Positions 37,550-47,706 of a DNA stretch of 64,000 nt are shown here, one piece after another. The notes beneath the pieces are model-generated. The model was given only the letters and a program-made list of their open reading frames with translations. It had not been told where the DNA came from and made no database searches. Each line of letters opens with the position of its first letter. Position 1 is the stretch's first letter. The stretch lies in assembly GCA_964625535.1 (NCBI GenBank), contig CAZVEX010000001.1:295-64294 (forward strand). The letters are read 5' to 3'. The translations under genes were made by a program, and so were the position numbers. Origin of the DNA: an uncultured Gammaproteobacteria bacterium (GTDB taxonomy: Bacteria; Patescibacteriota; Microgenomatia; Daviesbacterales; UBA10151).

Positions 37550-39004
37550 ATGGATCCTACCGAGGAAATCAATATTGAAATGGTTAAGCGAAGAACAGTC
37601 AGCGGAGCAGCCATTTTAACAGTTAGAACTTTTTTGATGCAAATAGTATCTTTAATAGCGACCGCGCTTTTAACGTTTTTTTTAAATCCTGCGCAATATG
37701 GAACTTTTTTCTTGGTTTCCGCAGTTATTAGTTTTTTGGCATATTTTGGCGACATAGGTTTTGCGGCCAGCTTAATTCAAAAAAAAGATAAATTGCAGGA
37801 TATTGAACTACGAACTATTTTTACTACTCAACAAACACTGGTGTTTTTTCTTATCGCCATAGTTTTTATATCTACTCCTTACTTAAAAAATTTTTATCAT
37901 TTTGACGATAGCGCAATCTATCTTCTTTGGGCTCTTGCTTTTTCGCTTCTTCTTTCATCACTGAAGACTATACCGACTGTTTTATTGGAGAGAAAACTGG
38001 AGTTTAATAAATATGTTATTCCCCAGATTCTGGAAGTTTTAGTATTTAATGCTACTGCGGTATATCTTGCTTGGCGAGGTTTCGGGGTGACTAGTTTTAC
38101 TGTGGCAGTAATACTGCGGGGGGTTGTGGGATTGCTTTCAACATATGCAGTTTCGCCGTGGATTCCCGGGTTTGCATTTTCTCCCCCTTCACTTAAATCT
38201 TTGCTCAAGTTTGGGATTCCTTATCAAGTAAACACTTTTCTTGCCATGATTAAGGACGACGGAATGACTCTTTTTTTAGGAGGGATTTTAGGATCCTCGG
38301 GGATAGGTCTTTTGGGATGGGCTCAAAAATGGGCTTTTTCACCCTTGCGTTTTTTTATGGACCAGGTGATCAAAGTAACTTTTCCCGCTTTTTCCCGGTT
38401 GCAGGATGACAAAAAAGAGCTATCCCTAGCTTTGTCAAAATCAATCTTTTTCATTTGTCTTTTGGTCTTTCCGTCCTTGGCTTTTTTGATACTAGTTGCT
38501 CCAACGCTGGTAGAAATAATTCCAAAGTACAGTAAATGGAGTCCGGCGCTTTTGGCTTTGACTTTTCTTTCGGTCACCTCCGCTTTGGCAGCGATAACTA
38601 CTCCCATAACTAACGCTTTCAATGCAATTGGAAAAATATCAGTCACTTTTAGATTAATGATGATGTGGACCGTTTTAACTTGGCTTTTTGTACCTGCTTT
38701 GGCGCTGATTTATGGGGTAAGTGGCGCAGCTTTTGGCTTTAGCTTGGTAGGAGCGAGTTCGATTATTGCAATGATTCTAGCCTTAAGATATATAGAGATA
38801 AATTATTTGGAGATTATTGGTAAGCCTGCAGTTGCAACGGTGACAACGGGAGGAGTAGTCTTTCTGATAAGAAGCGTTGTCTCAACCTCGCTATTACAAG
38901 TCGTTTTGATGGCGATGGGCGCGCTTATCGTATACGCCCTGACCGTTTTTATAATAGAACCTAAAATTTTATTTTACCTTAAATTGAGAAAACAAAATGT
39001 TTAA
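37550..39004 (+). CDS. Wzx/MOP-family oligosaccharide flippase
   Basis: L.PAQYG, DIGF.ASLIQ, LERKLEF, LLKFG, TFPAFSRLQ; about 12-14 TM. Confidence 0.88.
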   Translation: MDPTEEINIEMVKRRTVSGAAILTVRTFLMQIVSLIATALLTFFLNPAQYGTFFLVSAVISFLAYFGDIGFAASLIQKKDKLQDIELRTIFTTQQTLVFFLIAIVFISTPYLKNFYHFDDSAIYLLWALAFSLLLSSLKTIPTVLLERKLEFNKYVIPQILEVLVFNATAVYLAWRGFGVTSFTVAVILRGVVGLLSTYAVSPWIPGFAFSPPSLKSLLKFGIPYQVNTFLAMIKDDGMTLFLGGILGSSGIGLLGWAQKWAFSPLRFFMDQVIKVTFPAFSRLQDDKKELSLALSKSIFFICLLVFPSLAFLILVAPTLVEIIPKYSKWSPALLALTFLSVTSALAAITTPITNAFNAIGKISVTFRLMMMWTVLTWLFVPALALIYGVSGAAFGFSLVGASSIIAMILALRYIEINYLEIIGKPAVATVTTGGVVFLIRSVVSTSLLQVVLMAMGALIVYALTVFIIEPKILFYLKLRKQNV

Positions 39005-42000
39005 ATTATTCTACATAATTTTTTTTCTTCTGTTTTTTCTTCCTCACCCGACTTATGCCCAAGGACCTTCATTTATATCCATAGTCAATCCTGTCAGAGG
39101 AGATGATTTTTGGCAAGAGGGGCAAACTGCGGAAAAGGCTGTACTGGGCCAGATAGAAATTTTGCAAAAGAATAATCTTCCGGCAACTTTTCTGCTGCGT
39201 TTTGATGCTTTATCTAAACTAACAATCGTAGAGGCGCTTAAAGATGATCAAAATTTTGAGCAAGGTTTATTTTTGGAAGTGACTCCTACGCTAACTAATG
39301 CGGCCGGGGTAAACTATCGCAAATCCGAAAATTGGCATGATGCCGGTAGCGCTTTTTTGACAGGTTATGTAAGAGGAGAGAGGGAAAAACTAATAGATTC
39401 AGCCTTTGAAAGATTTAAAAGCATATTTGGATTCTTTCCCACGTCAGTGGGAGCTTGGTGGATTGACGCTTACTCCCTGGATTATATGCAAAAAAAATAT
39501 GGTATCAGCGCCTCTTTAATTGTGTCCGACCAATACTCAACAGATAATTATCAGATCTGGGGACAATATTTTTCTACTCCTTATTATCCTTCCAGAAAAA
39601 ATGCCCTGTACCCTGCCCAGACTATTGCAAACAAGCTGCCGGTGGTAATGTTGCAGTGGGCCCCGAGAGATCCTATTAACTCTTATGGAAGTGGAGTTAT
39701 GGAGAGTACTTTTAGCGTCCAGGCAAATGATTATCTTGATTATCATAATCTGGATACAAAATATTTTTCATCCCTTATCGATCTTTATACAAAACAACCA
39801 CTTAATCAATTTGCGCATCTGGTAATAGGTCTTGAAAATTCCTACTCCTGGGAAAAATATCAAGCAGAATACCAAAATCAAATGCAAGTTTTGTTGGAAA
39901 AAAGAAAGAAAGGACAACTTTCTGTTGTCACCATGAAAGATTTTGCTGTTTGGTACAAACAAAATTTTCCCGCTCTGTCTCCGGCCCAGATTATAGTGGC
40001 CGATGACCCGCTGGGATCTTTTAAAAAAGCGGTTTGGTTTATGAATCCATATTATCGGGCCGGCTGGTTTCTCAATCAGGACGGTTCTGTCTTTAGGGAT
40101 ATCAGGCAATACATTGACGGGGAAGAGGAGTTATGTTTTCAAGGCCGTTGCAGTAGTGTTAATTTTGCCACCTCCGCCACCAGAGTTTTGGACGAGGTGA
40201 GCTTCGGGCATAAATGGTTGATAGATGAGGGTAAAGTCTCCGATTTTAAAGCTACAAAGCAGGGTGAGAATTTTATCATCGGTTACAAAAACGAGGCAGG
40301 CAATGTAAAGAAAATAGAATTTTTGCCAAGAGATATTAGCATAGATGGAAAAATATCCTCCATTGACGGAGCCATACTTGAGGTGACAAAGCACCAATTG
40401 GATCAGCAAAAAGATAGGATTGATTTAGCAGCAGGCCCATTTAGGATGTCTTTGCCAAGTGCTGTTTTCAAAATTTTTGCATTCCTGGCATTTTTAGTCA
40501 TTGGAACTCTGGTCCCGGGATTTTTGATGATCAAGAAGGTGGCTCCCGAAGAGTCACCTTTTTGGCAAAGAATTTTTCTTTCGCTAGTTTTGGGGTTTGT
40601 CCTGGCAACCCTACTTTTTTATCTTCTTTCTCTTATTAAATTTAGACAGGGAATTTTCATTTACTTATTTATAAATCTTGCATTGTTTATCAAGATCAGA
40701 AAACAATTTTTTTCCAATATTGCTTTAAAATTTAAGGATAAATTTAGTATTATTTTGGTTTGTTTGATTGGATCCGGTACAGTATTCCAACAGTTACCTG
40801 TTTTCAAAAACGGTCTTAATTTTCCCTATGGCTTAGGGCTTTGGGGGCCGAATACACATGACGGTTTATGGCATGTTAGTTTAATAAATCAGCTCATTAA
40901 ATCTACGCCGCCGGAAAATCCCATTTTTGCCGGGGAAATTTTAAAAAATTATCATTACTTTTATGATTTACTGGTGGCCGTCACCAGCTTTGTAACTCGC
41001 ATTTCCGTTTTAGATCTGTTATTCAGATTTTACCCGGTAATCTTTTCACTGCTTTTAGGGACCGGTACATACTATCTTGTTAAATCCGTGTTCAAAATCC
41101 AAAACAATTTGCAAGGTAAACTGGCAGTTTTATTTTCTCTGTATCTTACATATTTTGCCGGAAGCTTTGGGTGGGTTGTGGAGTTTATTAAGTTTAGGCA
41201 CTTGGGAGGTGAATCTGCTTTTTGGGCGAATCAATCAATTTCTTTTAACTTAAACCCTCCGTTTGCCATTTCGCTTCTCATTGTCATCGCCATATTTGGG
41301 ATTTTGCCAAACCTGAAAAATAAGTTATCTGTAATTGTGATAACCGTCCTTGCGGGAAGTCTAATTGCTTTTAAGGCTTATGCGGCAATTTTAATTTTAC
41401 TAAGTCTTGCTACAGTGGGTATTTTGAAAAGAAACCTACAATATGTGTATGTGTTTTTCTTTAGCGCTTCTTTATCCGCAATACTATTGTTTTTAACTTT
41501 TAATATTGGCGAGCAGTTGATAATTTTTTCTCCTTTTTGGTTTATTCACTCCATGATTGACTCCCCTGACAGGGTGGGGTGGGCCAGGATTACTCTGGCT
41601 AGGATGGCAGGATGGGAAAGCGGCAATTGGTTTAAATTTTTAGCATCAGAAGCAATCAGTTTATCACTCTTTATATTAGGTAATTTAGGAACAAGAGTAG
41701 TTGCCTTATTTAGTTTAACGAGAATTAATAAAATAGTAAAAGACAAAAATTATTTATTTATTTTTGTTTTCGCAACGCTTTCGCTTGTTATTCCGATTTT
41801 ATTTATTCAAGCAGGCAACCCTTGGAATACAATTCAATTTCTTTATTACTTTCTATATATATCAGCCGTGGTAGGAGGAGTCGTATTTGTTAGAATTATT
41901 CAAATGAATAGGATATTTGCATTTATTATTATTGCTATTTTTCTGGTAGTCACACCGATAAATTCTTGGGCTACTGCCAACGGATATTTAAGCTATCAGC

Positions 42001-42413
42001 CTCATGCTTTAATAACAAATTCAGAGTTACAAGCATTGGATTATCTTGCAGACCAACCGGACGGGGTGGTGTTGACATTCCCCTATGACGCAAAATTGAA
42101 AAATAAAATAGCCGAACCATGGCCAATTGTTGCTTATGACAGTACTTCTTACGTATCCGCCCTGTCCACAAAGGCTGTTTTTGTCGAAGATGAACCGCAG
42201 AACCAAATTCTTTTGACAGAGTATAAAAAAAGATTAGTAGCCGCAAAAGATTTTTTTACCAGATTTCCAGCTCTTGCCAATAACTTCTTAGGGGACAACA
42301 ATATAAAATATGTTTATCTTCCAAAAATATTTAATGTGACTTTAGATGATACAAAATTAAGTCTGAATTTAATTTTTGAAAATCAGGAAATATTAATATA
42401 TGAGGTAAAATAG
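38997..42413 (+). CDS. Secreted deacetylase/glycoside-hydrolase-like domain fused to a GT-C-type membrane domain (1138 aa)
   Basis: Signal peptide; LPATFLL.FD, GLFLE, FKSIFGFFPTSVGAWWID; then multi-TM region with HDGLWH, YHYFYD. Confidence 0.7.
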   Translation: MFKLFYIIFFLLFFLPHPTYAQGPSFISIVNPVRGDDFWQEGQTAEKAVLGQIEILQKNNLPATFLLRFDALSKLTIVEALKDDQNFEQGLFLEVTPTLTNAAGVNYRKSENWHDAGSAFLTGYVRGEREKLIDSAFERFKSIFGFFPTSVGAWWIDAYSLDYMQKKYGISASLIVSDQYSTDNYQIWGQYFSTPYYPSRKNALYPAQTIANKLPVVMLQWAPRDPINSYGSGVMESTFSVQANDYLDYHNLDTKYFSSLIDLYTKQPLNQFAHLVIGLENSYSWEKYQAEYQNQMQVLLEKRKKGQLSVVTMKDFAVWYKQNFPALSPAQIIVADDPLGSFKKAVWFMNPYYRAGWFLNQDGSVFRDIRQYIDGEEELCFQGRCSSVNFATSATRVLDEVSFGHKWLIDEGKVSDFKATKQGENFIIGYKNEAGNVKKIEFLPRDISIDGKISSIDGAILEVTKHQLDQQKDRIDLAAGPFRMSLPSAVFKIFAFLAFLVIGTLVPGFLMIKKVAPEESPFWQRIFLSLVLGFVLATLLFYLLSLIKFRQGIFIYLFINLALFIKIRKQFFSNIALKFKDKFSIILVCLIGSGTVFQQLPVFKNGLNFPYGLGLWGPNTHDGLWHVSLINQLIKSTPPENPIFAGEILKNYHYFYDLLVAVTSFVTRISVLDLLFRFYPVIFSLLLGTGTYYLVKSVFKIQNNLQGKLAVLFSLYLTYFAGSFGWVVEFIKFRHLGGESAFWANQSISFNLNPPFAISLLIVIAIFGILPNLKNKLSVIVITVLAGSLIAFKAYAAILILLSLATVGILKRNLQYVYVFFFSASLSAILLFLTFNIGEQLIIFSPFWFIHSMIDSPDRVGWARITLARMAGWESGNWFKFLASEAISLSLFILGNLGTRVVALFSLTRINKIVKDKNYLFIFVFATLSLVIPILFIQAGNPWNTIQFLYYFLYISAVVGGVVFVRIIQMNRIFAFIIIAIFLVVTPINSWATANGYLSYQPHALITNSELQALDYLADQPDGVVLTFPYDAKLKNKIAEPWPIVAYDSTSYVSALSTKAVFVEDEPQNQILLTEYKKRLVAAKDFFTRFPALANNFLGDNNIKYVYLPKIFNVTLDDTKLSLNLIFENQEILIYEVK

Positions 42414-44434
42414 TGATGTTGATAATACAGACCTTGTTTCTTGGTTTACTTTTCCTGGTCATTTCGTGGTTTATTTTCTATAACATCGGTTACGCCGTAT
42501 TAGCTTTCAAAAGAAAAGATCTTGAGGATCAGGAGATTATCGCTTTGGCTTTTTCTTTGGGGTTGGTCGTATTTCTGGGAATAGCCCTTTTTTTGGGGCT
42601 CGTTAATTTAAGGTGGCTTCTTTTGCCGCTTGTTTTAGTAGCCGGTTTTTATAATCTGATTAAATACAAAAAAGAAGTTATCGCGCCATGGAAGATCTTT
42701 ATCCGGAGAAAGGTTTTGTTTTGGCTGATTATATTGGGAATTTTAGTCCAGGGGTTTATCAATTTCCCAAGCGGACTTCGCTATTCCGAAGGATTGCTTT
42801 TTTGGAGTTCTCAAGGCCACGACGGCATATGGCATGTCAGTTTAATGGAGGAGATTAGAAAAAATTTTCCTCCCCAAAACCCTATTTTTTCCGGGGAGAA
42901 GCTTTATAATTATCATTATCTGGTTGATGTTTTGATGGGCGATTTCTATCGGATTTTCCCGTTTTTTTCGCCGCTCGACCTGTATTTTAGATTTTTTCCA
43001 ATAATTTTCTCTTTCCTTTTTGGTCTCTGTGTTTTCTCATTTGTCAAAAGATGGCAAGCTAATTACTCAGTGGGATATTTGGCAGTATTTTTTACATATT
43101 TTACCGGAAGCTTCGGTTATGTGGTAACTTTTTTCAGGAATAAAAATTTATTCGGGGGGGAAACGGTTTTTTGGGCCTCTCAAGAAAACACTTTACTGGG
43201 TAACCCACCTCATGCCATTGCCCATATTTTTCTGGTGGCAATACTGCTTTGTCTGTTGTTGTATTTTAGTCAAAGGAAGATATTTTGGTTAATTATCGCT
43301 TTTATTTTGGGAAGTTTACTGTCCGGCTTTAAGGTTTCCGGTGGATTTGTCATGTTGACAGGAGTAGCAGCTGCAGCATTAGTGGATTTAATCTTTAATA
43401 GGAAATGGCACACAACTTTGCTTGCCGTGGTTCTGGGGTTTTCCAATTTTATAACTTTTAAAATGATGACCTCCAAAGAGGCAGCCTCATTTTTAATGTT
43501 TTTGCCCTGGTGGTTTATCAGAACCATGGTGGTGGATAAACTGGGTTGGATGGATCTGGAACTTCGCCGGCAGCACTATCTTTCCAAAGGGACATGGCAT
43601 GCCTATTTGAGAGTGTTTCAGCTTGAAGTAACAGCCTTTTTAATTTTTTTAGTGGGCAATTTGGGAATGAGAATATTGGGATTTTACGGATTGATAAAAG
43701 ATTTATTAACCAAAAAGTTTATCAAAAGTCCTATTGACGCAATGCTTTTTGTGTCGATGTTAACGGGATTTTTGATGGTTATTATCTTTGTGCAAAAGGG
43801 GATTATTTATAACAACATTCAATTTATCCAGTATTCTCTGCTGATCATGGGATTTTACGCTGCAGTATCAACTTATCAATTGCTTATGCGTTTTAAGAAA
43901 AAGCTGATAAGGATTATTATTTTGTTAATGATAGTTTTATTTTCGGTGCCGACAGTGATAGGAAATTTGAATGAGTTTTACGGGCCTGGCAGAAAGCCCC
44001 TGGCTATCATCAGTAATCGGCAGATTCAAGCATTGAGTTTTTTAAAAGCAAACAGTGAACAAAATGACATTGTTTTAACTGTGCCCTTTAATAAATATTT
44101 AAAAGATCGATACAAGAGTGAACCCAGGCCAATAAATGCCTGGTATTCTACGGCCTATGTTTCGGCGCTCACGGCGAGAAATACCTATTTTACTTCGGAG
44201 GAGCAGGCTTTAATTACCGGATACCCCACCGATAAAAAACTGGCGAAGGTAGAAGAGTTTTTTGCGCAAACGGATTTTTCCTACAATAAAAAATTTCTGG
44301 CAGAAGAAGGTATAAAATATTTATATGTTGTTAAAGATGAATTGGATAAACCGTTAAGCGTTCAAGAAAATAATTTGGAAATTATGTTTGAAAATACGGA
44401 GATAATTATCTTTAAAGTTAACCAAAGAGTATGA
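42413..44434 (+). CDS. GT-C-type membrane protein, paralogue of the C-terminal part of 38997
   Basis: HDGIWHVSL, PPQNPIFSGE.L.NYHY, YFRFFP, TYFTGSFG, NPP, TAYVSAL; start may be ATG 42416. Confidence 0.72.
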   Translation: MMLIIQTLFLGLLFLVISWFIFYNIGYAVLAFKRKDLEDQEIIALAFSLGLVVFLGIALFLGLVNLRWLLLPLVLVAGFYNLIKYKKEVIAPWKIFIRRKVLFWLIILGILVQGFINFPSGLRYSEGLLFWSSQGHDGIWHVSLMEEIRKNFPPQNPIFSGEKLYNYHYLVDVLMGDFYRIFPFFSPLDLYFRFFPIIFSFLFGLCVFSFVKRWQANYSVGYLAVFFTYFTGSFGYVVTFFRNKNLFGGETVFWASQENTLLGNPPHAIAHIFLVAILLCLLLYFSQRKIFWLIIAFILGSLLSGFKVSGGFVMLTGVAAAALVDLIFNRKWHTTLLAVVLGFSNFITFKMMTSKEAASFLMFLPWWFIRTMVVDKLGWMDLELRRQHYLSKGTWHAYLRVFQLEVTAFLIFLVGNLGMRILGFYGLIKDLLTKKFIKSPIDAMLFVSMLTGFLMVIIFVQKGIIYNNIQFIQYSLLIMGFYAAVSTYQLLMRFKKKLIRIIILLMIVLFSVPTVIGNLNEFYGPGRKPLAIISNRQIQALSFLKANSEQNDIVLTVPFNKYLKDRYKSEPRPINAWYSTAYVSALTARNTYFTSEEQALITGYPTDKKLAKVEEFFAQTDFSYNKKFLAEEGIKYLYVVKDELDKPLSVQENNLEIMFENTEIIIFKVNQRV

Positions 44435-45987
44435 AGTATAAATTGGTTTTAATATTAATTCTTGTTTTGGGGTTTATGTTGCGAATTGTAGATACTAATA
44501 ATAATCCCCCCTCTCTTTATGGGGATGAATTGACAATCGCTCTGGATGCAAATTCCATTTTGCATACCGGAAAAGATCAGTTAGGTAATTTATTTCCACT
44601 GACATTTTCTATGGGAGCAGGTAGACCGGCCGGATATGTCTACGGTTCTATCCCGTTTGTGGCTTTGTTTGGGCCTAATGCTTTAGGGGTGAGAATGTTG
44701 TCAATTTTGTCCGGAATGGGCATTATATTTTTACTTTATCTGCTGGGTAAAAGATTTTTTTCGCCAAAAGTGGGTCTTGCAGCTGCATTTATTACTGCCG
44801 TTTCACCTTGGGATATATCGCTGTCGCGGGGAGGATTTGAAGCTCATTTCGCCCTATTTCTGGCCCTGGCGGGCTTATATTTTTTTATTGGAGCCAAAGA
44901 AAAAGGTATATTTTATGCGCTTTCGTTTTTGAGTTTTGGATTAACTTTCCACACTTATCCCACATATAAAATCAGCTTAGCTTTATTTCTGCCACTGCTT
45001 CTTTGGTATCAAGGCGGCGGGCATAAAAAGTATTTTCTTGTCGGGGTAGCTATCTTTTTCCTGTTAGGCATTTTAGCCCTCAGTCAAACTTTCATTGGAG
45101 GTTCTGAAGATAGATTTTCCGAGATCAATATTTTTTCTCAAGAAAAATTAAAAGAACAAATCATCCAAAAGATTAATTTTGAAAGAACTATTACCGGCTT
45201 ACCGGATAATTTGGCGCCGTATTTCCACAATAAGCCGGTGGAATATGCAAAAATTCTGATAGAAAATTATCTGCAGAATTTTTCCTTGGATTTTTTGGTT
45301 TTACATGGAGACAGAAACCCGCGCCACAATATGGCCACTATGGGAGAAATTTATTTGGCAGAGATGATCTTAATATTCTTTGGTATTTTAACTCTCTGGC
45401 AAAAAAACAGAAAAATACTTTTATTTTTTCTTTTTTGGTTAATGATTGCCCCTGTGCCAACAGCAATAATAGATGTGCCTCATGCGCTGCGAAGTTCTTT
45501 TATGCTGCCTCCTTTGTTGATTATTTCCGCTCTAGGGTTGCATTCTTTAATAAATAAAAAAAAGAAGATGTTTGTTGCAGGATTATTTATTATTTTTTTA
45601 ATTCAATTTGCATTTTTTGTCCAAAAATTATTTTTTCTCGCTCCCAACGAATACAGTCGATTTTGGTCTTACTCTGCCAAAAAAGCAGCAGAGGTAGCTT
45701 TGGAAAATAAAGAAAAGTATGATTTTATAATCCTTTCCGACAGCATTGATAATATTGAATTTGCCTATCCTGTTTATGCCACACTCGATCCGGCCCTTAT
45801 CATTTCACAAAATCAAAAAAGGAGTAAACTGAGGGGTTTTATGTTCAAAAAGTTTGAAAATGTATATATCGGGTATATGCCGGAGGCACAAGCTGAAGTG
45901 TTTTTACAAAGCCTTGAGGGTTCAGCTCTATATATAGGCTCCGGCCCCGATCAGAAAAAAAACGCTATTTTACTTCACCAGCGTTAG
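44431..45987 (+). CDS. GT-C glycosyltransferase (PPxLxxDE subfamily)
   Basis: PPSLYGDE...TGKD, SRGGFE, GDRNPRH, PHALR. Confidence 0.82.
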   Translation: MKYKLVLILILVLGFMLRIVDTNNNPPSLYGDELTIALDANSILHTGKDQLGNLFPLTFSMGAGRPAGYVYGSIPFVALFGPNALGVRMLSILSGMGIIFLLYLLGKRFFSPKVGLAAAFITAVSPWDISLSRGGFEAHFALFLALAGLYFFIGAKEKGIFYALSFLSFGLTFHTYPTYKISLALFLPLLLWYQGGGHKKYFLVGVAIFFLLGILALSQTFIGGSEDRFSEINIFSQEKLKEQIIQKINFERTITGLPDNLAPYFHNKPVEYAKILIENYLQNFSLDFLVLHGDRNPRHNMATMGEIYLAEMILIFFGILTLWQKNRKILLFFLFWLMIAPVPTAIIDVPHALRSSFMLPPLLIISALGLHSLINKKKKMFVAGLFIIFLIQFAFFVQKLFFLAPNEYSRFWSYSAKKAAEVALENKEKYDFIILSDSIDNIEFAYPVYATLDPALIISQNQKRSKLRGFMFKKFENVYIGYMPEAQAEVFLQSLEGSALYIGSGPDQKKNAILLHQR

Positions 45988-45988
45988 T

Positions 45989-45997
45989 TGATAAGAT
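45989..45997 (+). promoter_or_regulatory. Extended -10 TGATAAGAT, 7 nt before ATG 46005
   Basis: TGnTAnnnT filling a 17-bp gap. Confidence 0.6.
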
Positions 45998-46004
45998 TTA
46001 CACT

Positions 46005-46898
46005 ATGGTTCAAAAAATTTCAGCCGTAATAAATACCTTCAACGAGGAAGCAAATATCAAAAGAGCTATAGAATCTGTAAAATGGGCAGATGAAATAATA
46101 GTTTGCGATATGCACTCCAGTGATCAAACGGTTAAAGTAGCCAAAAAGTTTGGAGCGAAAATAGCTTATCATAAGAAAGAAGAGTATGTGGAGCTCGCTA
46201 GGAATTTTGCCATTTCCAAGGCTATATCCGACTGGATATTAGTTGTTGATCCGGACGAGGAGGTGCCGCAAAGTTTAGCCGTGAGATTAGTGGAAATCTC
46301 CCGGAAGATGAAGAGAATAGATTATGTCAGGTTGCCGAGAAAAAATACCATCTTCGGAAAATGGATGAAGGCCTCAATGTGGTGGCCGGATTACAATATC
46401 AGGTTTTTTAGAAAGGGGAAGGTTGCCTGGACTAATAAAATTCACCGGCCGCCCGAAGCGAGAGGTGCGGGGTTGGATCTTCCGGAAGATGAAAAGTGGG
46501 CAATTGTCCACCATCATTACGAGAGTGTCTCGCAATTCCTGCAGCGGATGGACAGATACACCAAGATTCAATCAATGGAGTTAAAAAAAGAAGGCTATAA
46601 ATTTAGCTGGCAAGATTTAATCAGTAAGCCGCTGCGAGAATTTTTAAGCAGGTTTTTTGCCAATAGAGGGTATGAAGACGGATTGCACGGTTTGGCCCTT
46701 TCTCTGCTACAAGCCTTTTCTTTTCTGGCAGTTTATTTAAAAGTATGGGAAATGGATAAGTTTAAGGAACAAGAACTTAAGCTGGAGGAGTTGGAACTAA
46801 TCAAAAAACAAGCAGGAGAGGAGTTAAACTATTGGTTTAACAAATCAGAGGCGCGGGGAAATCTATTTAAAACTTTTTTTAAAAAATTTAAAACCTAA
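46005..46898 (+). CDS. GT2 glycosyltransferase (WaaE/KdtX-like)
   Basis: NEE, DEIIV.D..SSD.T, ARNFA, DPDE, PRKN, PDY, DG.HG. Confidence 0.85.
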   Translation: MVQKISAVINTFNEEANIKRAIESVKWADEIIVCDMHSSDQTVKVAKKFGAKIAYHKKEEYVELARNFAISKAISDWILVVDPDEEVPQSLAVRLVEISRKMKRIDYVRLPRKNTIFGKWMKASMWWPDYNIRFFRKGKVAWTNKIHRPPEARGAGLDLPEDEKWAIVHHHYESVSQFLQRMDRYTKIQSMELKKEGYKFSWQDLISKPLREFLSRFFANRGYEDGLHGLALSLLQAFSFLAVYLKVWEMDKFKEQELKLEELELIKKQAGEELNYWFNKSEARGNLFKTFFKKFKT

Positions 46899-46899
46899 T

Positions 46900-47706
46900 A
46901 TGTTAAGCGTGGTGATTATTGCCAAAAATGAGGAAAAAAGAATTACGGCCTGTCTGGAGTCGGTCAAATGGGCGGATGAAATTATAGTTTTGGATAATGG
47001 ATCGCAAGATAAAACTTTAGAGATTGTCAAAGAGTATACGGATAAGATATTTAAATTTAACGAAGAAGACTTTGCCAAACTGCGAAACAAAGGCATGGAG
47101 CAGGCAAAAGGGGAGTGGGTATTGTATTTAGATGCCGACGAGAGGGTATTGGATGATTTGAGGAAAGAGATAGAGGCCAAAATAACTTTTTCCGATTTTG
47201 GAGCATTTGCCATTTCCAGAAAAAATATTATTTTTGGAAAAGAGGTAAACTTTGGTCCTTATAAAAAAGATTGGGTGATCAGATTACTGCGAAAAAAAAG
47301 TTTTGAAGTTTGGGTGGGCAAGATACATGAGTACCCGAAATTTAATGGTGAGTTGGGCTATTCCAAAAACTTTCTTCTTCATTTAACCCACCGCGATGTT
47401 GATCAAATAGTTTTAAAAAGTTTGGAGTGGTCAAAAATTGATGCCAGGCTTCGCCTGGAAGCGCACCATCCCCCTATGAACGCGTTAAGATTTTTGAGAA
47501 TTCTAATAACAGAACTTTTCAATCAAGGAATTAAAAGAAAAGGTTTTTTTAACGGCACTATTGGAGTGATGGATTCTATTTTGCAGACATTTAGTCTGTT
47601 TATAACTTATGTCAGAGTATGGCAACTGCAGCAGCCAAAAACTCCGGATAGTATTTACGATGATACAGACAGAGAGCTGATTGAAAATAGATTTAACTAC
47701 AAATGA
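46900..47706 (+). CDS. GT2 glycosyltransferase (WaaE/KdtX-like)
   Basis: AKNEE, DNGSQD, RN, DADE, IHE. Confidence 0.85.
   Translation: MLSVVIIAKNEEKRITACLESVKWADEIIVLDNGSQDKTLEIVKEYTDKIFKFNEEDFAKLRNKGMEQAKGEWVLYLDADERVLDDLRKEIEAKITFSDFGAFAISRKNIIFGKEVNFGPYKKDWVIRLLRKKSFEVWVGKIHEYPKFNGELGYSKNFLLHLTHRDVDQIVLKSLEWSKIDARLRLEAHHPPMNALRFLRILITELFNQGIKRKGFFNGTIGVMDSILQTFSLFITYVRVWQLQQPKTPDSIYDDTDRELIENRFNYK

Noticed and set aside
8354-43160. G7 tracts (secA near 8354, near 34772, near 43154) and many A/T runs as phase-variation switches
   Set aside because: Short, all in intact frames, one in an essential gene; expected from Gly/Lys/Phe codons
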